NCBI GenBank assembly: GCA_965228735.1
Contig: OZ245838.1
Coordinates: 3,040,001 to 3,104,000, forward strand
Direction: 5' to 3'
Source of the DNA: Planctomycetota bacterium
GTDB lineage: Bacteria; Planctomycetota; UBA1135; UBA2386
Length of the DNA: 64,000 nucleotides
Part shown: positions 10,901 through 20,566 of the stretch, in pieces
Layout: every line of letters begins with the position of its first letter
Position numbering within the stretch: position 1 is the stretch's first letter
Position numbers and translations under genes: made by a program
Notes under the pieces: generated by a model
The model's input: the letters and a program-made list of their open reading frames with translations, nothing else
The model's database searches: none
What the model was told of the DNA's origin: nothing

Positions 10901-11221
10901 GTGCTCGGGATGCCGCGCCAATCACCGACGAGCGGCCCGATCCAACAGGTCCGCTTCGACCTGGCCCCGACGAAGTACGTGAGCCACGGCCTGCCCGTCT
11001 GGGAGACCGCCGAGGAGCTCGACCCGATGCAGACGCTCGCATTCCTGCACGGCGGCTACTGGTCGCCGGGCGTGGTGCAGGTCATGCGGGCCGACTACTC
11101 CGGCGTGCCAGCCCTCGACCCCACGACCTGGAACCGCTACGTCGTCGCCATCGAGAACGAGGACGGCACGATCGGCGTCGCAGCGACACGACAGTGCCTG
11201 ACGCTACAAGACGACCGCTGA
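7937..11221 (+). CDS. Secreted YVTN/YncE-like beta-propeller fused to a diheme cytochrome c (bCcP/MauG-like) domain
   Basis: Signal peptide; propeller repeats (VCNTPDNSVEIY, VPVGLSPV, VGDQPTDI); heme motifs CSSCH and CVNCH; APYHWRGD. Confidence 0.75.
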   Translation: MRPRPTGPLPAPVCLLSFLLPTLLTELPAQGEFVNFEDPQVRPVAIATISAGPSARRFALVCNTPDNSVEIYSAAAPFDFVARVPVGLSPVTVRWNADNGRFYTCNYLGDSVTAVRLDPASSPAGVRPRVERTAFVGDQPTDIVFVENNTQAFVALEGRNGVAHLSLPDIATITPNVRLQVAGAQGPLINHIVKMPRRLTVLPDGRFYALNLMGGDIDSPPLLDMGLFTFDPNNPPTGAAGHFHSLRDLGSTNLGCRINAAGDRMFVVAQIAQNDAAGVDAVAAQPTGFVQTWLQVVDLLPGAAGDPPQLVPEQVTGSGQKALLQSINLNRDYSQNALTAVQPTDAIAQVTDVALVEGATGIERIVLAAFGSDKIVVLTPDGSQPSGYRARHIRLQVNPAAGDGYSAVGPRGLAYDENGADPAGGLRPGLVWCVNRLDNSLAIVNPWTGTLVLHRPLRHDPTPTEIRAGRKFLYSAWATSGNGMVSCSSCHVDARTDGLTWNLGNLDAPGPGIPAHFHDGNDQDLGSMPDWPNSKGLMVTQTLQGLLDSHVEPYRMRAVATNAPYHWRGDKFDFPDFNEAFVRLQGMPDEPTIPGLSGLDADDMTAYHRFINTVHHAPNPEQRKDRRLGGELGDPDDPMDGSGGLLGMKLFHIIPTVGPRSCVNCHTLPDGSSNTLTLTELIDGELGTPAQTQPMETAATRNLFQREITIPNGFDATDLSGNVPLLVTGSHGLLHAGIFSFPSLNNSLTINDFIHRSFGFAPDATVDHLLKLATTEFVRQFDSGTAPMIGVAWTVDPGDPAANNSVLSLLEREVDEANVGLAVYTRSGGIERGFWFDPRDQQYHQENGPAVLDRAGLLALAGPGGDDVVIAQATPTGSERRIASLSGRPATLTGAAPDPQTIALVPMAPNTFYVGVPSLTGNWDPNHPTLPFQWNVANNGPEPVSMRSIRELQTSLAGTFGVPLSPLRHEPPRRLRVIGAGIRPNAKLVLGMPRQSPTSGPIQQVRFDLAPTKYVSHGLPVWETAEELDPMQTLAFLHGGYWSPGVVQVMRADYSGVPALDPTTWNRYVVAIENEDGTIGVAATRQCLTLQDDR

Positions 11222-11225
11222 CACC

Positions 11226-11283
11226 CGGCCGTACGGTACCTCGGCCGTACGGTACCTGGTTCATTCTGCCGGGTCCCGGCGGC
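11226..11283. repeat. 16-bp tandem duplication plus partial copy of the 15908-16000 repeat element
   Basis: CGGCCGTACGGTACCT occurs twice (11226-11257). 11245-11272 matches 15908-15935 at 25/28 nt, and 11273-11283 equals 15963-15973. Confidence 0.8.
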
Positions 11284-12617
11284 TACTTCCTGAGTTCGGC
11301 GACGAGGCTCTCGTACTCGCGCCGAACACCCGCAGCCTCCTTGCTGCCGAACAGCAGCCCCGCGAACGTCGCATCGAGGGTGGCCGCCGCGTCGAGTGCG
11401 TTCTTCAGCGCGCCGTTCTGGTCGATCGCCACGAGCAGCTTCTTCGCGGCATCGGCGTGCGCCGTCGCGCGGGCATCGCCGCGGTGCCGCAGCCAGGCGA
11501 CGCGCACGAGCAACACGCGCAGCTTGGTCATCTGCAAGAACTCGCGGTTCTTGCGGCGTTCGCGAATCCGGTTGGCGGCCTGCCGCTGCGCCGCGAGGAT
11601 CTCCTCGTCACCCGTCACGACGAACCCGGAGAACATCGCCACCGTCGTCATGTCGCCGACGTCGCCGAGCGCCGCGAGCGCCGACAGGCGCGCCGGGTGA
11701 TCCTGCTGGCCCGCGATCTCGTGCAGCGCGAAGAACGCGTCCGGATGCGCCGACGCCGACAGGGTGCGGGCGGCGAGTCGCTGCGCCTGCAACCCGGCCG
11801 TCGGATCCTGCGCGATCGCGACGAGGCCGGTGTGCGGCACGCGTTCACCGGGCAACTTGCTGAGCGCGCGGAACGCCGCCGCCGCGACCGCCTGGTCGCG
11901 ATGCCGGCACAGCCGCAGGACCTTCGCGACGATCGTCGGGTCCGCGTGCCCGTACACCGCGACGCCGTCGAGCGCACGCAAGACCTGATGGCGGTAGCGC
12001 GCCCGCGGCTCCGCCTTCTTGCGATCGCCGAACGCGACCAGCTCACCCGGCGCGTCGAGCCACGGCACGAGCACCTGCATCGGATCGTGCGGCGGCAGGT
12101 AGCGCGCGGCTGCGGTCTCGTCGGGATCCTCCTTGTTCTTCAGCTCGAGGAACATCGCGGCCGCCTTGCCGCGCTGCGCGACCGGGTGCTCGAGGAACCA
12201 CCCGACCGCCGCGCCACCGCGATCGCGCATCGCCTTCTCGGCGTTGTCCTGGTTGTGGCTGTCGAGCGCGCCGAGGTTCCACGCGGCGGCGCGCATGAGT
12301 TCCTCGGGGTCGAGGCGCGCGAGCTGCGGGCCGGCGTGGCGCCAACCCTCGTACATCGCGATCCACTCGAGCAACGCGACGTCCTCGTGTTCGGCGAGCG
12401 CGAGCACCCACGACTTCTTGGTGCGCGCGTCGCCGTCCGCATCGCCGGTCGCCGCGCGGAACGCGACCCACCGGCCTTCGAGATCGCGTTCGCCCCAGTC
12501 GGCCGGCAGTTCCGCGGGTTCGATGGGCTGCGGCTTGACGCGTTGCGGCGTGACTGGCGCTGCAAGCAGGCCGCCGACGAACAGAAGCAGACAGCGCGCG
12601 GTCGTCGATCGCATCAT
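11283..12617 (-). CDS. Secreted HEAT/ARM-repeat-like protein
   Basis: ATG 12617 with AGGAGG RBS and ATGA overlap; signal peptide; helical repeats such as VAAAAFRALSKL and RLSALAALGDVGD. Confidence 0.65.
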   Translation of the reverse strand: MMRSTTARCLLLFVGGLLAAPVTPQRVKPQPIEPAELPADWGERDLEGRWVAFRAATGDADGDARTKKSWVLALAEHEDVALLEWIAMYEGWRHAGPQLARLDPEELMRAAAWNLGALDSHNQDNAEKAMRDRGGAAVGWFLEHPVAQRGKAAAMFLELKNKEDPDETAAARYLPPHDPMQVLVPWLDAPGELVAFGDRKKAEPRARYRHQVLRALDGVAVYGHADPTIVAKVLRLCRHRDQAVAAAAFRALSKLPGERVPHTGLVAIAQDPTAGLQAQRLAARTLSASAHPDAFFALHEIAGQQDHPARLSALAALGDVGDMTTVAMFSGFVVTGDEEILAAQRQAANRIRERRKNREFLQMTKLRVLLVRVAWLRHRGDARATAHADAAKKLLVAIDQNGALKNALDAAATLDATFAGLLFGSKEAAGVRREYESLVAELRK

Positions 12618-13246
12618 CGGGTCTCCTCCTGGCTGGCCCCCAGGCTCGCGACGCGCGCCACGCGGTCGCCCTCGATCTCGACGAGCAACCGCGGCAGTCC
12701 GTCGGCCTCGAGGTAGCAGCCCAGCGCGCCGCCCGTCGGCAAGGTCGCCGTCCGGAACGTCACCGTCGCGGGCCAGCGGCGCGCGCTCGTTCGTGGCGAA
12801 CCCTCGACACCGACGATCTCCACGCCAGCAGGGCCGAAGGCGCGCTGCGGCACCCGGCGCCAGTCGATCGCCGCGATGCGGCTGGGACAATCGGAGGCGA
12901 CCTCGCCGCCCTGCCGGACGACGAGCCGCAGCGCATCCTCGCGGAGCAGCCGATCGAGCTCCTCGGCCGTGCGCAGATTGCTGCCGGACACACCCGCGAG
13001 GCCGGGAACGGGATCGACTCCGGGGCCGAACGCCGAGATCGTCAGCTGCAGCCAGCGGGCATCGTCGTCCTCGGCACCGCCGGCCATCAGCTCGGCCCGC
13101 ACGCTCGCCACGGGGCGCGGCACGAGCGCGTCCTCGTCGTAGAGCGCGGTCTTCGCATCGACCACGACGGCCACTGGCGCGGGAGGCTGCCCGACGACGG
13201 GCAGCAGCGCGAGCAGGAGGGCGAACGAGCAGATGGTCCAGGGCAT
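12614..13246 (-). CDS. Hypothetical secreted protein
   Basis: 210-aa ORF with signal peptide and GGAG RBS; stop overlaps the next start. Confidence 0.6.
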   Translation of the reverse strand: MPWTICSFALLLALLPVVGQPPAPVAVVVDAKTALYDEDALVPRPVASVRAELMAGGAEDDDARWLQLTISAFGPGVDPVPGLAGVSGSNLRTAEELDRLLREDALRLVVRQGGEVASDCPSRIAAIDWRRVPQRAFGPAGVEIVGVEGSPRTSARRWPATVTFRTATLPTGGALGCYLEADGLPRLLVEIEGDRVARVASLGASQEETR

Positions 13247-13389
13247 GATCTGAACTCCGGGCAGGCTGCGGGTGGAACGCGACGATCCGAGGATACGAAC
13301 GAACGCCGCCGCCGTGCCCTCCGTTCATTTCCGAAACGGGCAGCGGAGCGGAATCCCTCGCGCGGGACAGCAACCGCCCGCCCTTTCGC

Positions 13390-15156
13390 TCACCGCGACC
13401 ACAACTTGACCGCCTCGTACCACTTCGTGGCCCAGCACTGCTTCTGGATCTGCTCGTAGATCACGAGCCGGTCGCTCTTGTTGCCCGCCTTGCGCGACTT
13501 CGCGAACAGGCGGTCCGCCGCCTCTTGCTGCTCGGCGCGGAGCTTGTTGTAGCGCTCGAGGATCGGCGCGGCGGCCGGGGCCGTGCCGAACTCGCGGCGG
13601 AACGCGAGGAAGTCCTCGATCCACTTGCCCTGGCCGCTGCGGTCGGAGTCCATGCGGGCCTGGAGCCGTTCCATCACCTTGGCGGTTGCCGCCGCGAGTT
13701 CGACCGGCAACGACTCGTCGACCAGGCCATCGGAGGAGTCCGGATGCCGCCCGTTCCGACGCGCGAGCAACGCGCCGACGTCACGCCAGGCCCCGGCCGC
13801 GGCGCGTTCGCCGGCGAACTCGGTGAGCTTCTCCGGCGATGGTGAGCTCACGCCATCGAGCCACCGCACCGCGTCGTCGACGGGCAGGAGCGCGAACTGG
13901 TGCCCGACGTTCTTCGGCGCGAACAAGCGCGCGAACGGGAACCCACCGTCCATGATCCGGCTCTCGCAATACTCCCCCGCCGAGTATTTCACGACGTCGT
14001 CGGCCTGCCCATGGATCATCGCGATGGCGACCTCGTGCTGCTCCTTCTGGCGCCCCGCCGGGAAGTTGTCGGGCTCGCACTGCACGAGCAGGTTGCAGCT
14101 CATCGGGAACGCGCCCGCGAGCAACTCGGGATAGAACATCACGAGGCAGTAGGTCAGGAAGCCACCCTGGCTGTGGCCGCCGAGGAACCAACGGTCGACG
14201 CCGAGCTGGTCGCCGAGTTCACCGAGGGCGCCGGCGACGAGCGCGGGGCTCTGCTTCTGCGCCCAGATCGGGCCGACACCCGGGCCGCCGAAGTTGACGT
14301 AGGTGTAGTTGAAGCGCAGCGCGTCGGGCTTGCTCGCCGGGCTCATGCGTTCGCCGTCCAGCCCGACGACGAGGTAGTCCTTCGCGAGGTCGGGCCAGGC
14401 GGACACGATCGTGTCGACGTAGGCCCGGCTGCTCATGTTGGAGCCGTGCAGGATGCAGATCGCCGCCCGCTTCCGGCCCGGCTCGTAGTCCGCGGGCCAG
14501 TGCACGTGGTAGCGCACGCCGAGCTCGGTCTGCCCGCTCGTCGTGGCGCCGGGTTCGATAGCCGCGTTCGCCGGCACCTTGCGGTATGCCCCCCAGAAGC
14601 GGTCCTTCGCCTTCTTGCCGAGCAGCACGTCGCCGCCATTGAGTTCGAACGTGCCGCTGCCCGAATCGCGCCCCTGCTCGTAGTCGAACGCGAGCTTCCG
14701 ACCCGTGACGTTCCCCGTGATCGAGCCCGTGCTACCCCAACCATAGGTGCCCGTGACCTTGGCGCCGTTCTGCGTGAGCTGCATCGGGCCGACCGACGAC
14801 ATCCACTCGCCGCCGAACGACGGGAGGGCAACGGCAGCGCCGCCTCGCCGTACGACCAACGTCAGCAGGTCAGCGCAGCGGAACGCCCTCGGCTCGCCCG
14901 CGACCTCGACCGCGAGGAGGGCCGGCCCGAGGTTGCCGCGCAGTTCGACGCCGGCCGCGACGACGACGTCGGGGTCGCCGAACGTGATCTGCTCGAGGGT
15001 CTCGGTCCGGATCGTCGCGCGGCCGAAGTCGGTGGCCATCGTGAAGCTCTCGACGGGCCAGCGGGCGACCACGGGATCACCGGCCTTCGGCGCAAGTTCG
15101 ACCTCGACCGGTCCCTGCGGGGCGACCACGACCATCGACAACAGAGCAGCGAGCAT
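13390..15156 (-). CDS. Secreted multidomain alpha/beta hydrolase (esterase-like)
   Basis: Signal peptide; LHGS, GHSQGG nucleophile elbow, HGQADDVV (Asp) and VGHQF (His). Confidence 0.75.
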   Translation of the reverse strand: MLAALLSMVVVAPQGPVEVELAPKAGDPVVARWPVESFTMATDFGRATIRTETLEQITFGDPDVVVAAGVELRGNLGPALLAVEVAGEPRAFRCADLLTLVVRRGGAAVALPSFGGEWMSSVGPMQLTQNGAKVTGTYGWGSTGSITGNVTGRKLAFDYEQGRDSGSGTFELNGGDVLLGKKAKDRFWGAYRKVPANAAIEPGATTSGQTELGVRYHVHWPADYEPGRKRAAICILHGSNMSSRAYVDTIVSAWPDLAKDYLVVGLDGERMSPASKPDALRFNYTYVNFGGPGVGPIWAQKQSPALVAGALGELGDQLGVDRWFLGGHSQGGFLTYCLVMFYPELLAGAFPMSCNLLVQCEPDNFPAGRQKEQHEVAIAMIHGQADDVVKYSAGEYCESRIMDGGFPFARLFAPKNVGHQFALLPVDDAVRWLDGVSSPSPEKLTEFAGERAAAGAWRDVGALLARRNGRHPDSSDGLVDESLPVELAAATAKVMERLQARMDSDRSGQGKWIEDFLAFRREFGTAPAAAPILERYNKLRAEQQEAADRLFAKSRKAGNKSDRLVIYEQIQKQCWATKWYEAVKLWSR

Positions 15157-15217
15157 TCCGCGAACCTACCGCATCCCGCCGTTGCCCGGAATCCGCCCCG
15201 CACGCTACGGTGCGGTC

Positions 15218-15904
15218 ATGACCGACGGCGTGGCCAAGGCCAAACGCGCAGCGGCAGTCGCCGCCGCGAATCTCGTCGAGTCCGGCATGCGGGTCGGGCT
15301 CGGCACCGGGTCGACGTTCGCGTTCGTCATCGACCGACTCGCCGAACGCAAGAAGGCCGAGGACCTGTCGTTCGTCGGCGTCCCGACCAGCACCCAGACG
15401 GCCGAGCTCGCGACCGCGGCCGGCCTGCAGCTGGCCGAGCTCGACGACCTCGACGAGCTCGACCTCGCGATCGACGGCGCCGACGAGGTCGACCCACGGA
15501 AGAACCTGATCAAGGGCGGCGGCGGTGCCCACCTGCGCGAACGGATCGTCGCCGCGACCGCGCGCGAGCTCGTCGTCATCGTGGATGAACACAAACTCGT
15601 CGACGTGCTCGGCCAGCGCTTCCTGCTGCCGGTCGAGGTCGTGCCGCTCGGTTGGCGCCACGCTGCGAAGCGCCTCAGAGCGACCGACTGCGAGCCGAAG
15701 CGCCGCGAGCGCGACGGCCAGCCGTTCGTGACGGACAACGGCAACTACGTCCTCGACTGCAAGTACGACGGCATCCCCGACCCGGCGGCTCTGGCGACGA
15801 CGCTCGACGGCACCGTCGGCGTCGTCGACCACGGCCTGTTCGTCGGCATGGCCGGCCGCGTCATCATCGGCGACGAAGCCGGCTCCGTGCGCGTGATCGA
15901 GTAA
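15218..15904 (+). CDS. rpiA: Ribose-5-phosphate isomerase A
   Basis: GLGTGST, DGADEVD, IKGGGGA and TDNGNY motifs. Confidence 0.95.
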   Translation: MTDGVAKAKRAAAVAAANLVESGMRVGLGTGSTFAFVIDRLAERKKAEDLSFVGVPTSTQTAELATAAGLQLAELDDLDELDLAIDGADEVDPRKNLIKGGGGAHLRERIVAATARELVVIVDEHKLVDVLGQRFLLPVEVVPLGWRHAAKRLRATDCEPKRRERDGQPFVTDNGNYVLDCKYDGIPDPAALATTLDGTVGVVDHGLFVGMAGRVIIGDEAGSVRVIE

Positions 15905-15907
15905 CTG

Positions 15908-16000
15908 CCGTACGGAACCAGGTTCATGCTGCCGGCCGCGAGCCAGCTACCTCGCGGGTAGCGTCCCGGCGGCCGGCAGCATGAACCTGGTTCCGTACGG
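15908..16000. repeat. Perfect 32-bp inverted repeat with internal mini-hairpin, between convergent rpiA and purK (REP/MITE-like or bidirectional terminator)
   Basis: 15908-15939 is the exact reverse complement of 15969-16000. Inner GCTACC-tcgcg-GGTAGC at 15946-15962. Confidence 0.9.
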
Positions 16001-16003
16001 GTG

Positions 16004-17146
16004 TCAGCGGGTATCCGCAGTCGCGCGGGCTGCCAGCGCGCGCTCGCGGGCGGACTCGAGGGAGTCGTCGACGACCGTGAGGTGGCCCATCTTGCGGCCG
16101 GGGCGCGCGTCCTGCTTGCCGTAGAGGTGCAGCGCGACGCGGTCGTCGCGCAGGGCGGCGGCCCAGTCGGGCTCACCGTTCTGCCAGAGGTCGCCGAGCA
16201 GGTTGACCATCACGCCGGCGGGGGCGATGCGCTCGGTCGAGCCGAGCGGCAGACCGCAGACGGCGCGGACCTGCTGTTCGAACTGGCTGCAGTGGTGCGC
16301 ATCGATCGTGACATGGCCCGAGTTGTGCGGGCGCGGCGCGAGCTCGTTCACGAGCAAGGTTCCGTCCTCGAGCCAGAAGAGCTCGACGCAGAGCACGCCG
16401 ACCACGTCGAACTTCTCGAGCACGGTGCGGCCGATCTCGCGCGCTCGGTCGCGCACCGCATCGGCGACCGGCGCGGGACACAGCGTGACGTCGAGGATGT
16501 GATTGCTGTGCTCGTTCTGCACCGGCTCGTAGAGTGCGACCGCGCCGTCGAGGCCGCGCGCGCCGACGACCGAGAGCTCGCCCTGGAACGCGATCATCCG
16601 TTCGAGCACGGCCGGCTGCGAGCCGAGCTCTTCGAACGCCACAGCGAGCGCCACGGCATCGCGCACGACGCGCTGCCCGTGACCGTCGTAGCCCCACGCG
16701 CTGGTCTTGAGCACGGCCGGAAAGCCGACCGTCTCGGTCGCCGCAGCGAGGTCCGCCGCGCTCTCGATCTCGGCAAACGTCGCGACCGGCAGCCCCGCGG
16801 CCTGCAGCGCGCGCTTCTCGCGGATCCGGTTCTGCGTCGTGTGCAGCAGCTCGCCGGCCGGTCGCACGGGCGCGTGCCGCAGCGCCTCGGCCGCTGCACG
16901 CGCCGGCACGTTCTCGAACTCGAACGTCACGACATCGACCGCCTTGCCGAGCTTCGTCACGGCGTCGAGATCGTCGTAGGGCGCGACGATGACCTCGTCC
17001 GCCGTCTGCGCGCCCGGCGACTCGGCCGCGTCCGTCAGCACCGTGACGCGATACCCCATCTGCCGCGCCGCGATCGCGAACATGCGGCCGAGCTGACCGC
17101 CGCCGAGAACGCCGAGGTTGCTGCCGGGCAGGAGTACTCCGCTCAC
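16004..17146 (-). CDS. purK: N5-carboxyaminoimidazole ribonucleotide synthase
   Basis: [38 protein letters not shown] and [14 protein letters not shown] motifs; GTG start overlaps the purE stop. Confidence 0.95.
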   Translation of the reverse strand: MSGVLLPGSNLGVLGGGQLGRMFAIAARQMGYRVTVLTDAAESPGAQTADEVIVAPYDDLDAVTKLGKAVDVVTFEFENVPARAAAEALRHAPVRPAGELLHTTQNRIREKRALQAAGLPVATFAEIESAADLAAATETVGFPAVLKTSAWGYDGHGQRVVRDAVALAVAFEELGSQPAVLERMIAFQGELSVVGARGLDGAVALYEPVQNEHSNHILDVTLCPAPVADAVRDRAREIGRTVLEKFDVVGVLCVELFWLEDGTLLVNELAPRPHNSGHVTIDAHHCSQFEQQVRAVCGLPLGSTERIAPAGVMVNLLGDLWQNGEPDWAAALRDDRVALHLYGKQDARPGRKMGHLTVVDDSLESARERALAARATADTR

Positions 17147-17652
17147 GACAGCTCCGAGTTCCTCGCCTTCTCCTCCGCCGCCGCGCGCAGCGTCTCGAGC
17201 CGCGCGCGCACCGCGGCGTCGTGCGGCGCGAGCAAGCGCCCGGCGAACAGCGCCGCATTGCGCGCGCCGGCCTTGCCGATCGCGAACGTGGCGACCGGCA
17301 CGCCGCCCGGCATCTGCACGATCGACAGCAGCGAGTCGACGCCCTTCAGCACGCGGCTCTCGACAGGCACGCCGAGCACCGGCACATGGGTCCAAGCGGC
17401 GAGCATGCCCGGCAGGTGCGCAGCACCACCCGCGCCGGCGATGATCGCCCGCAGCCCGCGGCCTTCGGCTTCCTGGGCGTAGCTGCGCAGCAGCTCCGGC
17501 GTCCGGTGCGCGGAGACGACGCGCGACTCGTGCGGGACTCCGAGTTCGGCGAGACAATCGGCGGCGTGCTGCATCGTCGGCCAGTCCGAGCTGCTGCCCA
17601 TGACCACGCCGACGATCGGATCGCCGCCCCGGGAAGAATCGTTCGAAGCCAA
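17143..17652 (-). CDS. purE: N5-CAIR mutase
   Basis: [25 protein letters not shown] and [13 protein letters not shown] motifs. TTG start is approximate. Confidence 0.95.
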   Translation of the reverse strand: MASNDSSRGGDPIVGVVMGSSSDWPTMQHAADCLAELGVPHESRVVSAHRTPELLRSYAQEAEGRGLRAIIAGAGGAAHLPGMLAAWTHVPVLGVPVESRVLKGVDSLLSIVQMPGGVPVATFAIGKAGARNAALFAGRLLAPHDAAVRARLETLRAAAEEKARNSELS

Positions 17653-17809
17653 GATCGTGCGATTGCTGATGAGTGAATGCCCCAACCGAGCGGCAGCGCA
17701 CGCGCGACGGTCGGCAGGGCGGAGGCCGTAGTAGGAAGCCAGCGCGCGGCATTGCAAGCCCGAGGGCTCCCGATTCGCCAAGCGGCCGTCCGCCGGCTAA
17801 CCTCGCTCC

Positions 17810-20437
17810 ATGGCAGTCCTCGCCGTCACGCTGATGACCCTCGCCCCGATCGGTGCCCAGGACCCGGCCCCCGGGATCGCCCGCGAGCTCGCGCGCACCC
17901 GCAAGGCGCAGATCGAGAACGTCGAATACGACCTGCACTTCCGCCTCGAGGACGGCGCGCCGGCGATCGCGGGCGAGGTCTGGATCCGCTTCGAGCTCAA
18001 CGCCAGCAACGACACCAACGGGGACGAGGAGCCCGACCTGCCGGTCGTGCTCGACTTCGGCGGCGAAGGCCTGCAGAACCTGCGCGTCAACGATCGCGAG
18101 ACGGCGCCGCGGATCGTCCACAACCACATCGTCATTCCGCCCGAGCAGCTCGTGCTCGGGCTCAACGGGATCGTCGTCGAGTTCCGCTCCGAGATCGCGC
18201 CGACCGGCACGCCACTCACGGTCTACGAGGACCCGACCGACGGCCGGCGTTACTACTACACGCTCGTGGTCCCGGCCGACGCGCACCGGCTGTTCCCGTG
18301 CTTCGACCAGCCGGATCTGCGCGCGCGCTTCCGCTTCACGCTCGACCTGCCGGCGACCTGGCAGGCCTGCGCGAACACGGCGCTGACGGACGACGGCGTC
18401 GAGGCGATCGAAGGCGGCGAACGCTGGCCCTTCGAGCAGAGCGAGCCGCTGCCGACGTATCTCATGGCGTTCGCGTGCGGCCCGTTCGCCGTCGCCGAGG
18501 GACCGACCCCGCCCGCCCCCGGCATCGACGGCTCGCCGCTGCGCGTGTTCTACCGCGCCTCGCAGGGCAAGCACCTCGACATGCAGGCGCTCGTGCGGCT
18601 GCACAACGACGGGCTGCGCTGGATCGCGAACGCCTTCGACGTGCCCTACCCGTTCAAGAAGCTCGACGTCGTACTCTGCCCCGGTTTCCCGTACGGCGGC
18701 ATGGAGCACGCGGGCGCGATCTTCTACCGCGAGTCGGCACTCGTCTTCGACCACCCGCCGACGGCCGCGGAGCTCGTGCGGCGCAGCACGCTCGTCTATC
18801 ACGAACTGTCGCATCAGTGGTTCGGCAACCTCGTCACGATGAAGTGGTTCGACGACCTCTGGCTCAAGGAGGGGTTCGCGACGTTCATTGGCTACCGCAC
18901 GCTCGAAGCGCTCGAGCCCGAGCGCAAGGCGTGGCTGCGCTTCCTGCAGCGGGTCAAGCCGCGCGCGTACGAGGTCGACGCGACGCCCGGCACGACGCCG
19001 GTCTACCAGGAGCTCATGAACCTGGCCGACGCCAAGTCCGCGTACGGCGCGATCGTCTACAACAAGGCGCCGGCCGTTCTGCGCGAACTGCACGACCGAC
19101 TCGGCGCCGACGTGTTTCGGGCCGGGCTCAAGACCTTCCTCACGCGGCACGCGTTCGACAACGCGGACTGGCGCGACCTCGCAAAGGCACTGGAAGGCGC
19201 CGCACGTCAGGACCTCGGGCGTTGGTCCGAACGCTGGCTGCTCGCGCCGTCGATGCCACAGGTGCGCGTCGAGTGGCGAACGGGCGACGACGGACTCGTG
19301 GCGGAGGCCAACCTCGTGCAGCGCGCGATCGGCGGCGGCGATGGATCGTGGCCGCTGCGGCTGACGCTGCTCGTGCGCGATGACAACGGCTGGCGCGAGA
19401 TCACGGCCGAGAGCGACGCGCCGAACACGCCGCTCGCGGACCTCGTCGGCAAGCCCGCGCCGCTCGCCGTACTCGCCAACCCGACCGACGTGGCCTACGG
19501 CCAGTTCGTCCCCGACGCCGTGACACGCGCGTATCTCGGCCAGCAGGCCAGCGCGCTCGAGGATCCGCTCGTGCGCGCGGTCGCGCTCTCGAGCCTGTTC
19601 GAAGCCGTGCGCGAGGCCGAGTTCGATCCGGCCACGTTCGCCGGGACGGTGCTCGACGTGCTCGCGATCGAACGCGACCCCGACACGTTCGGCTATCTGC
19701 TCGGCAAGCTGTCGACCTGCCTGCGGCGCTACCTGCCTGAAGGCCGCGCCAAGGCCCCCATGGATCGCGCGACCGCGCTGCTGCTCGGGCAGCTCGAGGA
19801 CGACGCGATCACGGGCAACGAGCTGTCGATCTTCCGGTTCCTCGCGCGGGCGTCGACCACCCCCGAGGTCCTCGCACTGTGCCGCAGCGTCGTTCGATCC
19901 GAAGATCTGCCAACGGGCCTGGCTCCCGGCAAGCAGGACCGCTTCCTCGCCGCCGCGGCGCTCCTCGCGGCAACGGGCAAGAGCGACGAGCTCGAATACC
20001 TCGAACGCGTGTACGACGGCGATGACGTCGCGAAAGAAGCGTTCCTCGCACGGGCCGCGACCGCGGATGCCGAGGTCAAGGAACGCTACTGGCAGCAGTA
20101 CCTGCAACTCGGCAAGCCGCCCGAGCAGTGGACGCAGGCGAGCCTGTCGTTCTTCCACTGGCCCGGCCAGGGCGAGCTCACCCTGCCCTACCTGCGGAAG
20201 GCGCTCGACCAGGTGGAGTGGGTGAAAGAGAACCGCCGCATCTTCTTCATGCCCGCGTGGCTCGACGGCTTCGTCAACGGTCACAGCTCGGCCAAGGCAC
20301 TCGCGATCGTCGACGAGTATCTCGCCGGCCCCGGGCAGCGACTGAGCCCCGACGTGCGCCGGAAGCTGCTGCAATCGCGGGACGGCCTCGAGCGCACGGT
20401 GCGCATCCGCGCCCGCTTCGGCGCCGGCGGCAGGTAG
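17810..20437 (+). CDS. pepN: M1 family aminopeptidase N with ERAP1-like C-terminal domain, secreted
   Basis: FPCFDQPD, GGMEH, HELSHQWFGNLVT...WLKEGFA (HEXXH-X18-E) and IVYNK motifs. Confidence 0.9.
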   Translation: MAVLAVTLMTLAPIGAQDPAPGIARELARTRKAQIENVEYDLHFRLEDGAPAIAGEVWIRFELNASNDTNGDEEPDLPVVLDFGGEGLQNLRVNDRETAPRIVHNHIVIPPEQLVLGLNGIVVEFRSEIAPTGTPLTVYEDPTDGRRYYYTLVVPADAHRLFPCFDQPDLRARFRFTLDLPATWQACANTALTDDGVEAIEGGERWPFEQSEPLPTYLMAFACGPFAVAEGPTPPAPGIDGSPLRVFYRASQGKHLDMQALVRLHNDGLRWIANAFDVPYPFKKLDVVLCPGFPYGGMEHAGAIFYRESALVFDHPPTAAELVRRSTLVYHELSHQWFGNLVTMKWFDDLWLKEGFATFIGYRTLEALEPERKAWLRFLQRVKPRAYEVDATPGTTPVYQELMNLADAKSAYGAIVYNKAPAVLRELHDRLGADVFRAGLKTFLTRHAFDNADWRDLAKALEGAARQDLGRWSERWLLAPSMPQVRVEWRTGDDGLVAEANLVQRAIGGGDGSWPLRLTLLVRDDNGWREITAESDAPNTPLADLVGKPAPLAVLANPTDVAYGQFVPDAVTRAYLGQQASALEDPLVRAVALSSLFEAVREAEFDPATFAGTVLDVLAIERDPDTFGYLLGKLSTCLRRYLPEGRAKAPMDRATALLLGQLEDDAITGNELSIFRFLARASTTPEVLALCRSVVRSEDLPTGLAPGKQDRFLAAAALLAATGKSDELEYLERVYDGDDVAKEAFLARAATADAEVKERYWQQYLQLGKPPEQWTQASLSFFHWPGQGELTLPYLRKALDQVEWVKENRRIFFMPAWLDGFVNGHSSAKALAIVDEYLAGPGQRLSPDVRRKLLQSRDGLERTVRIRARFGAGGR

Positions 20438-20566
20438 CCGGTTCGCCTGGACCGAATCCGCGACGGAACCGCCCCATGCCATCGCGGCGAGGGGCCCGGG
20501 CGTCTTTCCAAGGGCCGCCGAATGAGGCATTCTTGTCCGGTGCCCCGGCAGCCCCTACCTCCTGCA

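Noticed and set aside
16004..20530. 1508-aa minus-strand ORF and other long overlapping ORFs (for example 21155-23884, 7808-10141, 31421-33880)
   Set aside because: Antisense or alternate-frame shadows of real genes in high-GC DNA. Only the purK portion (to 17146) has recognisable motifs.
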